55,934 nucleotides of DNA, from NCBI GenBank assembly GCA_015063495.1, contig SVUB01000001.1, forward strand, positions 1-55,934, read 5' to 3'. Shown here piece by piece: positions 46,683 through 55,544 of this stretch. The DNA is from Oscillospiraceae bacterium. GTDB lineage: Bacteria; Bacillota; Clostridia; Oscillospirales; CAG-272. A program made the translations under genes and the position numbers. Position 1 is the first letter of the stretch. Every line of letters begins with the position of its first letter. Under the pieces are notes generated by a model. That model did not search any database, was not told the DNA's origin, and worked only from the letters and a program-made list of their open reading frames with translations.

Positions 46683-48299
46683 ATGCATCAGGCTTTATAC
46701 AGAAAATGGCGTCCGACTACGTTTGACGATGTTTGCGGTCAGGAGCATATAACTTCGGTGCTCAAATATGAATGTGAAAATAATAAATTCTCCCACGCTT
46801 ATCTTTTCTGCGGGTCAAGAGGTACGGGTAAGACCACCTGTGCAAAAATCCTTGCAAAAGCAGTCAACTGCGAGGCTCCCGTAAACGGCAGCCCCTGCGG
46901 AAAATGCCCATCCTGCCTTGCAATTGATTCGGGCAGTGCTACCGACGTGCTTGAGATGGATGCCGCTTCAAACAACGGTGTCGATAACATCAGAGATATT
47001 CGTGACGAGGTGGTATACACCCCCTCGATGCTTAAATACAGAGTCTATATCGTGGACGAGGTACATATGCTCTCCACAAGTGCGTTCAACGCCCTCTTAA
47101 AGACGCTTGAGGAGCCACCGGCGCACGTCGTTTTCATTCTTGCTACAACAGAGCTTCACAAGCTCCCATCAACGATAATATCACGCTGTCAGCGCTTTGA
47201 TTTCAGACGAATCTCTATCCCCGTTATCACCGAAAGACTGCTTAAAATAGCAGAAAACGAGGATATAAAGATACAAAAAAGTGCCGCACAACTTCTCGCA
47301 AAGCTCGCCATGGGCGGTATGCGAGATGCGGTCAGCCTTCTTGAGCTTTGTGCAGGAACAAGAAAAGAGATAACCGAAGAGCTTGTCGCTGATACCGTCG
47401 GAATAAGCGGTAGAGAAAGCACATCTCGACTCGCACGTGCTATCGCAGAAAAAGATTATGAAACTATCTTTGCTACAATAGCCGAGGTAGTCTCCTCATC
47501 AAAGGACATAGCGGTATTCTGGCAGGATCTTATGTCATTCTACCGTGATATGCTCGTGATAAAAACGGCAAAGGACGCAAGGAAATATCTTGACCTTACC
47601 GAAAGCGAAGCGGAGCAAATAGAGAGCAGTGCAGAATTGTTTAGCAAGGAAACCCTTATCTATCACTGCAGGATACTCGAATCCGTCCACGCAAATATGC
47701 AGAGAACGAACGCAAATGCACGTCTTTCTGCCGAAATGGCGCTGATCCGCATGTGTGATGAGACACTTGACGCTTCAAACGAGGCTCTTGCCGCAAGAAT
47801 AGCAACCCTTGAGGATAAGATAAACAGCGGAAGCTTTAAGATAGAACCCACGCCACAAAATGAAGCACTGAAAGCCGTACAAAAGGAAGAAAAGAGTGAA
47901 GCAAAAGTAGCAAAAACCGCACTTGTAGAACAGAACGTAAAAGTGAATGTTGCTTCAACCGAATCTGCTCCTTCCGGCAAAAAAAGAGCACTTCCCTACT
48001 GGCCGGAGGCCGTAGAGAAGATATGTAAGGGTGACCCCACGATATCAGGGTTCCTTAAAAGCTCGAAAAGTTATAAAAACGGCGACGGAAATATCGTTCT
48101 CAGAGTTGACAGCGATTTCTCGGTCAGCATGATAAAAGCAAGAAAGTCAACACTTGAAACCCTCTCTGCCGTGCTCTCCTCTTATGAGGGAAGGCAGATC
48201 TCGGCAGCGAATATCATTTTCGAGGTCTCGCACGATAACGATATTATAGATATCGGACGTGAGGGAATAGAAGAAATTATAAAGGATAACGACCTTTAA
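46683..48299 (+). CDS. dnaX: DNA polymerase III subunit tau/gamma DnaX
   Basis: ALYRKWRPTTFDDVCGQEH, P-loop GSRGTGKTT, a Zn module CxxCxxC and the DEVHMLS and SRCQRF motifs. Confidence 0.95.
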   Translation: MHQALYRKWRPTTFDDVCGQEHITSVLKYECENNKFSHAYLFCGSRGTGKTTCAKILAKAVNCEAPVNGSPCGKCPSCLAIDSGSATDVLEMDAASNNGVDNIRDIRDEVVYTPSMLKYRVYIVDEVHMLSTSAFNALLKTLEEPPAHVVFILATTELHKLPSTIISRCQRFDFRRISIPVITERLLKIAENEDIKIQKSAAQLLAKLAMGGMRDAVSLLELCAGTRKEITEELVADTVGISGRESTSRLARAIAEKDYETIFATIAEVVSSSKDIAVFWQDLMSFYRDMLVIKTAKDARKYLDLTESEAEQIESSAELFSKETLIYHCRILESVHANMQRTNANARLSAEMALIRMCDETLDASNEALAARIATLEDKINSGSFKIEPTPQNEALKAVQKEEKSEAKVAKTALVEQNVKVNVASTESAPSGKKRALPYWPEAVEKICKGDPTISGFLKSSKSYKNGDGNIVLRVDSDFSVSMIKARKSTLETLSAVLSSYEGRQISAANIIFEVSHDNDIIDIGREGIEEIIKDNDL

Positions 48300-48320
48300 G
48301 AATATACGGAGGAAGTAAAT

Positions 48321-48674
48321 ATGAGAGCTAATATACCAAAGAGTGCAGGCGGACCGCAGAATATGCAGGCAATGCTAAAGCAAGCACAGAAGATGCAGGA
48401 GGATATGGAAGCACTCCAGGCAGATCTTGACGAAAGAGAATACGACATAAGCGCAGGCGGCGGAGTCGTAGGCGTTAAGATAAACGGCAGAAAAGAGATA
48501 CTTTCTATCGATATAAAGCCCGAGATAGTTGACCCTGATGACGTTGAGACACTTTCCGACATTCTCGTTGCCGCAGTAAACGAGGCAATAAAGAGAGTTG
48601 AAGATACAAACAGCTCAGAAATGCAGAAGATAACCGGCAGTCTCGGTATGGGAATGCCGGGCGGTATGTTCTGA
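48321..48674 (+). CDS. ybaB: nucleoid-associated protein YbaB/EbfC
   Basis: 117 aa with [22 protein letters not shown]...[20 protein letters not shown], in the dnaX-ybaB-recR synteny. Confidence 0.93.
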   Translation: MRANIPKSAGGPQNMQAMLKQAQKMQEDMEALQADLDEREYDISAGGGVVGVKINGRKEILSIDIKPEIVDPDDVETLSDILVAAVNEAIKRVEDTNSSEMQKITGSLGMGMPGGMF

Positions 48675-49276
48675 TGGCAGATTATATTGAACCTATAAGC
48701 AAGCTCGCAGAGCAGTTTGGCAGACTCGCGGGAATTGGCAGGAAAACAGCACTTAGACTTGCCTTTTCCGTACTTGATATGTCCGAGGAGGAGGCCGAGG
48801 GATTTGCCGAGGCAATAATGGATGCAAAACACAAGATACATCTATGCCCTATTTGCCAAAATCTCACCGACAAGGAGATTTGTGACGTCTGTGCCGACAC
48901 ATCAAGAGACCGTTCGACCATATGCGTTGTTGAAGATGCAAAGGCAGTCCTTGCTCTTGAAAAGGTCAGAGAATTCAGAGGTCTTTATCACGTTCTCGGC
49001 GGCGTTATCTCTCCTATGAACGGAGTCACCCCCGAAAAGCTCAAAATAAAAGAGCTGCTCCTTCGCTGCGAGGACAGCGAGGTGAGCGAGATAATCATCG
49101 CCACCAACCCCACTGTTGAAGGTGAAGCAACAGCAATGTATCTATCAAGGCTCCTGAAGCCTCTTGGCATCGCAGTAACAAGACTTGCCTACGGTGTGCC
49201 TGTCGGCGGCGACCTTGAATATGCAGATGAAGTAACACTTTACCGTGCCATTGAAGGCAGACGGGACGTACAGTAA
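48674..49276 (+). CDS. recR: recombination protein RecR
   Basis: An HhH N-terminus, the C4 zinc finger [16 protein letters not shown] and a Toprim domain ([10 protein letters not shown]...[14 protein letters not shown]). Confidence 0.95.
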   Translation: MADYIEPISKLAEQFGRLAGIGRKTALRLAFSVLDMSEEEAEGFAEAIMDAKHKIHLCPICQNLTDKEICDVCADTSRDRSTICVVEDAKAVLALEKVREFRGLYHVLGGVISPMNGVTPEKLKIKELLLRCEDSEVSEIIIATNPTVEGEATAMYLSRLLKPLGIAVTRLAYGVPVGGDLEYADEVTLYRAIEGRRDVQ

Positions 49277-49283
49277 ATAAAAA

Positions 49284-49306
49284 AGCTGAGGCTTTTTGCC
49301 TCAGCT
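49284..49306. terminator. bidirectional intrinsic terminator
   Basis: AGCTGAGGC-ttttt-GCCTCAGCT, flanked by A-run and T-run, between convergent recR and the HTH-kinase-like gene. Confidence 0.8.
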
Positions 49307-49310
49307 ATTT

Positions 49311-50477
49311 TTATTCGTGATCGGTAAAATCCTTGTAATTTTGCTCAAAGCTCTCAGAGAGCATCCTTGTATCAAACTTGCACATCTGACAGCAAAGCAT
49401 GCATGCACCGTATACCTGGGGTCTCTGTGAGGTAACGACCGTGAGATCGGGGTCAAGCTTTTTCTTAACACACTCAAGAAATGCCTCGTTTTTGTATAGC
49501 GAACCCGCAAGCGCAACTGTCTTATGATGAGGATTGAGCTTATAGGCTCTGTTTATTATATAAGCAAGTCTATCGGTATTTTCCTCTATTATACCTATTG
49601 CAACCGCATCTCCCTTTTCGTAAGCCTCGAAAACGATCGGCGCAAACGATGCGATGTACGAAACGTCGGAGCGGTAGAAGATATCAAGCTTGTTAAATAC
49701 GTTATCGTGTAGTTTGCTTTCAACCATTTTAGTAATAATGCTTTCCTCACCGAGCTTATCGTGCTCCTGAAGTGCCGCATATAGCGCTTCTCTTCCGATA
49801 TCGTATCCACTTCCCGCCTTATCAAAGATAGTTCCCCATCCTGCAAAACGGGTATATTCACCCGCGGTATACGCAACAACAACACTTCCCGTACCCGAAA
49901 TAGCGCATATGCACTTCTGCTCGTCAGTCACACTTGCGATAGCGCTGACTATATCAACAGAGCACTTTATCTTAACGCTGGGGTAAGACTTTTTGAGAAG
50001 TTCTCTTATGCTCGCTGCATTGTTTCCCGTATCAAATCCCGCACAGCCAATGTAAATTCCCTTTATATTCGGCTTTATTGCCATCAGCTTGTCAATTCCC
50101 GCCTTAATGGTGGTATAAGAGTCCTTAAGACCGTAGGTATTGGGATTTGAACCGCCGAGAAGCAAACGGTTGGATATGTGTCCTCTCTCGCCAAAGAGCA
50201 AGAATTCCGTCTTTGAGCTGTCGCCGTGAACACCTATCATAAAGGATTCTCTTTCGGAAGAATAGCCCGTAAGAGCATCAAGAGACACCTCGAATATCTC
50301 TGCTATAAGGCAGAGTTTATCAAGGTCCGGAATAGAAGTCCCTCTCTCCCATTTAGAAACAGACTGCGCACGAACAAAAACCTTTTCGGCAAGCTCACTC
50401 TGTGAGAGTCCCTTTGCAATTCTGTATCTTTTTATGTTACTTGAAAGAATGGAAACGTCAAACGTAAAAATCACCAC
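49311..50477 (-). CDS. XRE-family HTH regulator fused to a BadF/BadG/BcrA/BcrD-type (N-acetylglucosamine-kinase-like) ATPase fold
   Basis: The HTH_3 is IKRYRIAKGLSQSELAEKVFVRAQSVSKWERGTSIPDLDKLCLIAEIFEVSLDALTG. It is followed by ~310 aa with BadF-type features (MIGVHGDSSKTEFLLF, GGSNPN, AGFDTG, ISGTGSV, GWG...DKAGSGYDIG). The start is uncertain. There is no in-frame ATG before the HTH; candidates are GTG 50477/50474 or TTG 50528, and none has a good SD. Confidence 0.65.
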   Translation of the reverse strand: MVIFTFDVSILSSNIKRYRIAKGLSQSELAEKVFVRAQSVSKWERGTSIPDLDKLCLIAEIFEVSLDALTGYSSERESFMIGVHGDSSKTEFLLFGERGHISNRLLLGGSNPNTYGLKDSYTTIKAGIDKLMAIKPNIKGIYIGCAGFDTGNNAASIRELLKKSYPSVKIKCSVDIVSAIASVTDEQKCICAISGTGSVVVAYTAGEYTRFAGWGTIFDKAGSGYDIGREALYAALQEHDKLGEESIITKMVESKLHDNVFNKLDIFYRSDVSYIASFAPIVFEAYEKGDAVAIGIIEENTDRLAYIINRAYKLNPHHKTVALAGSLYKNEAFLECVKKKLDPDLTVVTSQRPQVYGACMLCCQMCKFDTRMLSESFEQNYKDFTDHE

Positions 50478-50653
50478 CCATATGACGCTTATTTTCTCTA
50501 TGATAACACATTTTTCACCTTTAGTCAAGTTTTTTGGGTTGTTTTTTAAAATTATTCAACCGCGGGTTGTAAAAAAGCAAAAGGGTGCGTAACATTTCCA
50601 CGTTTTAAGAAAGTCACGCACCCATAATTATTCGAGCCATTCAATGAATGGCT

Positions 50654-51568
50654 TTACGGAAGAATATTCCCTGCCGCCTTGTATATCTCATACCATTCCT
50701 CACGAGTGATGGATATTTCCGCCGCCTTAAGGCTGTCCGTCAATCTTGTGAGATTAGTCGTGCCCGTGATAGGCTGCATTTTTGCAGGATGGCGAAGTAT
50801 CCACGCTACCGCAATGGTGGTCTTGCTCACCGAATACTTATTACCGATACGCTCAAGAGCGTCATTAAGCTCGGGAAACTTATCATTATCAACGAAGCAC
50901 CCCTCAAAGAAACCGTACTGCATAGGCGACCAGGGCTGAATGGTTATCTCATTCAGGCGGCAATAGTCAAGCACTCCGCCGTCACGGTTTGTAGCAGATT
51001 CGTTATACATGTTGACGTTTATTCCCGACTGCACCATAGAAGAATGCATAATTCCGAACTGAAGCTGATTTGCGCAGATTGGCATATCAAGATACTTTTG
51101 CAAAAGCATCATCTGATAGGGATTCTGATTTGAAACACCGAAATGACGCGCCTTACCCGAGGATTTGAGTTCATCAAAGGCCTTTGCAACCGCTTCGGGC
51201 TCGACAAGTGCATCGGGGCGGTGAAGCAGAAGCACGTCAATGTAGTCCGTACCAAGTCGGCTGAGGCTTCCGTCTACCGATTCAATTATATGCTCATAGG
51301 AAAAATCAAACATTTTTCCGGGTACTATACCGCATTTTGTCTGTATTATGATCTTCTCACGGTCATATCCCGAAATAGCTTTGCCAAATACTGTTTCGCT
51401 CCTTCCTCTGCCGTAAATATCTGCGTGGTCAAAGAAATTTGCACCGTTCCGCAGTGCCGTGTCAACAAAAGCACTTGCTTCCTTTTCGGTCATATCCGAA
51501 ATTCGCATACATCCGACCGCAATTGTAGGAACACTCATTCCGCTTTTTCCAAGTTTTATATTGTACAT
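50654..51568 (-). CDS. aldo/keto reductase
   Basis: MYNIKLGKSGMSVPTIAVGCMR, FFDHADIYG, LLHRPD and HFGVSN are AKR family motifs. Start at ATG 51568 (RBS GAGGAAAA). Confidence 0.9.
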   Translation of the reverse strand: MYNIKLGKSGMSVPTIAVGCMRISDMTEKEASAFVDTALRNGANFFDHADIYGRGRSETVFGKAISGYDREKIIIQTKCGIVPGKMFDFSYEHIIESVDGSLSRLGTDYIDVLLLHRPDALVEPEAVAKAFDELKSSGKARHFGVSNQNPYQMMLLQKYLDMPICANQLQFGIMHSSMVQSGINVNMYNESATNRDGGVLDYCRLNEITIQPWSPMQYGFFEGCFVDNDKFPELNDALERIGNKYSVSKTTIAVAWILRHPAKMQPITGTTNLTRLTDSLKAAEISITREEWYEIYKAAGNILP

Positions 51569-51608
51569 CTGTTTTTTCCTCTTTCCCATCACAAATATCA
51601 CTGATAAT

Positions 51609-51638
51609 ATTATAGCATACAAAGCATATATCATTCAA
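51609..51638 (-). promoter_or_regulatory. sigma-A promoter of the aldo/keto reductase gene
   Basis: Minus strand: TTGAAT (51638-51633), 18 nt, TATAAT (51614-51609). Confidence 0.5.
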
Positions 51639-51672
51639 CCGCTTTTGAAAACTTTTCAACCGATAAAAAGAC

Positions 51673-51701
51673 AAAAAATCCCCTCGGATTTCTCCGAGGG
51701 G
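51673..51701 (-). terminator. intrinsic terminator (variant copy of the ppdK terminator), now terminating the SUKH cassette
   Basis: Minus strand: CCCCTCGGA-gaaa-TCCGAGGGG followed by ATTTTTTG. Confidence 0.75.
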
Positions 51702-51726
51702 ATAATTTTGTTTGTTTTATCAGCAA

Positions 51727-51758
51727 TTACTTGCTCTTGATAGCAGCCTGTGGTGCTG
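51727..51758 (-). pseudogene. orphan duplicate of the last ~10 codons of ppdK (…APQAAIKSK*)
   Basis: The 32-nt segment AATTACTTGCTCTTGATAGCAGCCTGTGGTGCTG differs by 1 nt from ppdK 3' end (52915-52946). No upstream ppdK-like reading frame is present. Confidence 0.7.
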
Positions 51759-51855
51759 TCCGCAAAAGAGGGGAATTAGTCATCTGTTTGATATATTGGA
51801 ATTCGACGGATTAACTATGGCTCCTGATTTTACATATTTTCCACTTATAACAGTG

Positions 51856-52764
51856 TTATACATATTCAGCCGTACACATTTTTTTAAGAAACTCTTTAAA
51901 TGATTTTGCGTATCTAAAAAACTGTTCATTTTCATTTGAAAACCAAATTTCTCCTCTACGAGGTCCATTTAAAATCAAATGATACGAATACGTGCACCCT
52001 GCATCAAGCAACTCTAATGTACCATTATAAAATGGTGTACTTGTATATTCCCCTGCACACGAAAAAACACATTCGTATCTGTGGTCGCAAATATTGCAAA
52101 TATCATCCGCTTCGCTTATGGTATGTTCCAAGCAATCGTTAAATTGTGGATAAGGCAAATCCTTTATGTCAACCGATGTTTTATCCCCAAACATAAATGG
52201 ACGAGAAAGGCGCTTGTTCCGAGATTTTCTTTTCCAGTTTATCCCACGAATTATTCTAAAATGAGTATCACCGTGAAAAACTCCTTCTTCTGGGGTTTTA
52301 TAGTGGATTTTGAGCCCGTTTCCTTCTTTTAAAAGCAATTCACGATACTGTATAGGTAAAGATATATCGTTATTTTGTTCAAAATACGAAATTTGTTCTT
52401 CAGTAAGGGGTGGTTGCACTTCACATATTATTTCATCAAGACAATCAAATAGCCCGTTAGTTTCTAAATCTTCATCTGGATTATTTTCTGTAGAAATATC
52501 AGTATATAAGTTTTGTTCGGTTGATAACAGAGCATTGTGTTTTTTTATTAGTTTTGTTATAGACTTAACTTTTTCAACATCATATGGTACGCTGTTCTTT
52601 GAGAATTTTTCGATTTTTACAACCTTAGCAACGGAAGGGAAATGCATACCTAAAACTTCCACATAATCCCCAACTTCAATGGAATCATCTGTTGTCAAAT
52701 AGTAATACGATTTTCCCTTTTCGCTAAAAACGACACTACAAAAAATATATTCTGTATTGCTCAT
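51856..52764 (-). CDS. SMI1/KNR4 (SUKH-1) family immunity-like protein with an extra N-terminal domain and a Cys-rich insert
   Basis: LTEEQISYFEQNNDISLPIQYRELLLKEGNG and the C-terminal RRGEIWFSNENEQFFRYAKSFKEFLKKM match the SUKH-1 pattern. The N-terminal ~90 aa (YIFCSVVFSEKGKSYYYLTTDDSIEVGDYVEV) form a separate small domain. It has its own promoter and RBS and is very AT-rich. Confidence 0.65.
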   Translation of the reverse strand: MSNTEYIFCSVVFSEKGKSYYYLTTDDSIEVGDYVEVLGMHFPSVAKVVKIEKFSKNSVPYDVEKVKSITKLIKKHNALLSTEQNLYTDISTENNPDEDLETNGLFDCLDEIICEVQPPLTEEQISYFEQNNDISLPIQYRELLLKEGNGLKIHYKTPEEGVFHGDTHFRIIRGINWKRKSRNKRLSRPFMFGDKTSVDIKDLPYPQFNDCLEHTISEADDICNICDHRYECVFSCAGEYTSTPFYNGTLELLDAGCTYSYHLILNGPRRGEIWFSNENEQFFRYAKSFKEFLKKMCTAEYV

Positions 52765-52824
52765 AGCAAATACCTCTTTTAAATTTATATAGAAGCAAGA
52801 TTATCTAATCTCACCTCTTTATTT

Positions 52825-52853
52825 ATTATAACATTTTTCAGTGATATTTACAA
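52825..52853 (-). promoter_or_regulatory. sigma-A promoter of the SUKH cassette
   Basis: Minus strand: TTGTAA (52853-52848), 17 nt, TATAAT (52830-52825). Confidence 0.5.
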
Positions 52854-52861
52854 TAGATATG

Positions 52862-52893
52862 AAAAATCCCTCTGCTGATTTCTCAACAGAGGG
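52862..52893 (-). terminator. intrinsic terminator of ppdK
   Basis: Minus strand: CCCTCTG-ttgagaaatcag-CAGAGGG followed by ATTTTTC. Confidence 0.75.
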
Positions 52894-52916
52894 ATAATTT
52901 TGCTCTATAAACCTAA

Positions 52917-55544
52917 TTACTTGCTCTTGATAGCAGCCTGTGCTGCTGCAAGGCGAGCGATCGGTACTCTGAAGGGAGAGCAGGATACGTAGTCAAGTCC
53001 GATGCTGTGGCAGAACTCAACGGATGTGGGGTCGCCACCGTGCTCACCGCAGATACCTACGTGGAGAGCCTTGTTAACGGGTCTGCCAAGGGTAACTGCC
53101 ATGTTCATGAGCTTACCAACACCGGTTGTGTCGAGCTTTGCGAAAGGATCGTTCTCGAATATCTTTGTATCATAGTAAGCATTGAGGAACTTACCTGCGT
53201 CGTCTCTGGAGAAGCCGTATGTCATCTGAGTAAGGTCGTTTGTACCGAAGCAGAAGAAGTCTGCGTTAGCTGCGATCTCATCAGCTGTGAGACAAGCTCT
53301 GGGTATCTCGATCATAGTACCAACCTCGTACTTAAGGTTAGCGCCTGCAGCTGCGATCTCAGCGTCTGCTGTCTCAACAACTACGCTCTTAACGTACTTA
53401 AGCTCCTTAACGTCACCAACGAGAGGAATCATGATCTCGGGAACCATGTTCCAATCGGGATGATTCTTCTGAACGTTGATAGCTGCACGGATAACAGCCT
53501 TTGTCTGCATCTTTGCAATCTCGGGGTATGTTACTGCGAGACGGCATCCACGGTGACCCATCATGGGGTTGAACTCGTGGAGAGAAGAAATTATAGCCTT
53601 GATAGCTTCAACAGTCTTGCCCTGTGCCTTAGCGAGAGCAGCGATGTCTTCCTCAGTTGTAGGAACGAACTCGTGAAGCGGGGGGTCAAGGAATCTGATA
53701 CAAACGGGGGTGCCCTCAAGAGCCTCATAGAGCTTCTCGAAGTCGCCCTGCTGATAAGGAAGGATCTTATTGAGAGCTACTTCTCTCTCCTCTGCTGTAT
53801 CGGAGCAGATCATCTCTCTGAATGCTGCAATTCTGTCAGCCTCAAAGAACATGTGCTCTGTACGGCAAAGACCGATACCCTCTGCACCAAGCTCACGAGC
53901 CTTCTTTGCGTCTGTGGGTGTATCAGCGTTTGTTCTTACCTTAAGTGTACGGAACTCGTCAGCCCATCCCATGATAGTGCCGAAGTTTCCGGAAATTTCT
54001 GCATCAACGGTAGGAATGATACCGTCGTAGATATTACCTGTAGAACCGTCGATGGAGATGTAATCGCCCTCAACGTATGTCTTGCCAGCGAGAGTGAACT
54101 TCTTGTTTTCCTCATCCATCTGGATCTCACCGCAACCGGATACGCAGCACTTACCCATACCACGAGCAACAACTGCTGCGTGAGATGTCATACCGCCACG
54201 AACTGTCAGGATACCCTGAGCAGCCTTCATACCTGTGATGTCCTCGGGAGATGTCTCAAGACGAACGAGAACTACCTTCTTGCCTGCATTCTTCCAAGCC
54301 TCAGCATCCTCTGCAGAGAATACTACCTGACCGCAAGCCGCACCGGGAGATGCACCAAGTCCCTTACCAACAGGGTTAGCAGCCTTGAGTGCCTTTGCGT
54401 CGAACTGGGGATGGAGAAGTGTGTCAAGGTTTCTGGGATCGATCATGAGAACTGCCTCTTCCTTGGTCTTGTGGCCCTCTTTAACGAGGTCAACAGCGAT
54501 CTGGAGAGCTGCGGGAGCTGTTCTCTTACCGTTTCTTGTCTGGAGCATATAGAGCTTCTCATTCTCAATGGTGAACTCCATATCCTGCATATCGTGATAG
54601 TGGTTCTCGAGGATCTCGCAAACCTGCTTGAACTGCTCAAATGCTGCGGGGAACTTGTTTGCCATCTCAGCGATAGGCATAGGTGTACGAACACCTGCAA
54701 CAACGTCCTCACCCTGTGCGTTTGTAAGGAACTCACCCATGAGCTTCTTCTCACCCGTAGCAGGATCGCGTGTAAATGCAACACCTGTACCGCAGTTGTC
54801 ACCCATGTTACCGAATGCCATTGCCTGTACGTTTACAGCGGTACCCCAAGAATAAGGAATATCGTTGTCACGACGGTATACGTTTGCACGGGGGTTATCC
54901 CAAGAACGGAATACGGCCTTAACTGCACCGATAAGCTGTTCCTTAGGATCTGTGGGGAAGTCCTGACCGATCTTAGCCTTATATTCAGCCTTGAACTGGT
55001 TAGCAAGCTCCTTAAGGTCGTCAGCAGTAAGCTCAACGTCCTGCTTTACGCCCTTTTCTTCCTTCATCTTGTCGATGAGCTCTTCAAAATACTTCTTTCC
55101 GACTTCCATAACGACGTCAGAGTACATCTGGATAAATCTTCTGTAGCAGTCGTAAGCCCAACGGGGATTGCCGGACTTCTTTGCCATAACCTCAACGACC
55201 TCTTCGTTAAGACCGAGGTTAAGGATGGTATCCATCATACCGGGCATGGATGCACGAGCACCGGAACGAACGGAAACGAGAAGAGGATTCTCAAGGTCAC
55301 CGAACTTCTTACCGGTTACGCCTTCCATCTTAACGATGTATTCCATGATCTCTGCCATGATATCATCGTTGATCTGCTTGCCGTCTTCATAATACTTTGT
55401 GCAGGCCTCTGTAGAAATAGTGAAGCCCTGGGGAACAGGAAGACCGATATTGGTCATCTCTGCGAGGTTTGCGCCCTTACCACCAAGGATCTCACGCATA
55501 TTTGCGTTACCCTCGGAGAAGAGATAGCAATACTTGTTTGCCAT
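52917..55544 (-). CDS. ppdK: pyruvate, phosphate dikinase
   Basis: 875 aa. It has an N-terminal ATP-grasp (GGKGANLAEM), the phosphohistidine region GGMTSHAAVVARG and the C-terminal PEP-utilizer motif GLCRTEHMF ... FSFGTNDLTQ. Confidence 0.97.
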   Translation of the reverse strand: MANKYCYLFSEGNANMREILGGKGANLAEMTNIGLPVPQGFTISTEACTKYYEDGKQINDDIMAEIMEYIVKMEGVTGKKFGDLENPLLVSVRSGARASMPGMMDTILNLGLNEEVVEVMAKKSGNPRWAYDCYRRFIQMYSDVVMEVGKKYFEELIDKMKEEKGVKQDVELTADDLKELANQFKAEYKAKIGQDFPTDPKEQLIGAVKAVFRSWDNPRANVYRRDNDIPYSWGTAVNVQAMAFGNMGDNCGTGVAFTRDPATGEKKLMGEFLTNAQGEDVVAGVRTPMPIAEMANKFPAAFEQFKQVCEILENHYHDMQDMEFTIENEKLYMLQTRNGKRTAPAALQIAVDLVKEGHKTKEEAVLMIDPRNLDTLLHPQFDAKALKAANPVGKGLGASPGAACGQVVFSAEDAEAWKNAGKKVVLVRLETSPEDITGMKAAQGILTVRGGMTSHAAVVARGMGKCCVSGCGEIQMDEENKKFTLAGKTYVEGDYISIDGSTGNIYDGIIPTVDAEISGNFGTIMGWADEFRTLKVRTNADTPTDAKKARELGAEGIGLCRTEHMFFEADRIAAFREMICSDTAEEREVALNKILPYQQGDFEKLYEALEGTPVCIRFLDPPLHEFVPTTEEDIAALAKAQGKTVEAIKAIISSLHEFNPMMGHRGCRLAVTYPEIAKMQTKAVIRAAINVQKNHPDWNMVPEIMIPLVGDVKELKYVKSVVVETADAEIAAAGANLKYEVGTMIEIPRACLTADEIAANADFFCFGTNDLTQMTYGFSRDDAGKFLNAYYDTKIFENDPFAKLDTTGVGKLMNMAVTLGRPVNKALHVGICGEHGGDPTSVEFCHSIGLDYVSCSPFRVPIARLAAAQAAIKSK

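Noticed and set aside
47275-47281. A6G run in dnaX at codon ~198 as a possible frameshift site
   Set aside because: It is in the wrong register (CAA AAA AGT) and far too early, inside the AAA+ module, to give a functional gamma-like product. No downstream structure was noted.
48296-48841. 181-aa minus-strand ORF over ybaB and the recR 5' end
   Set aside because: It is antisense to two well-conserved genes, gives a Ser/Ile-rich featureless translation, and overlaps a gene junction.
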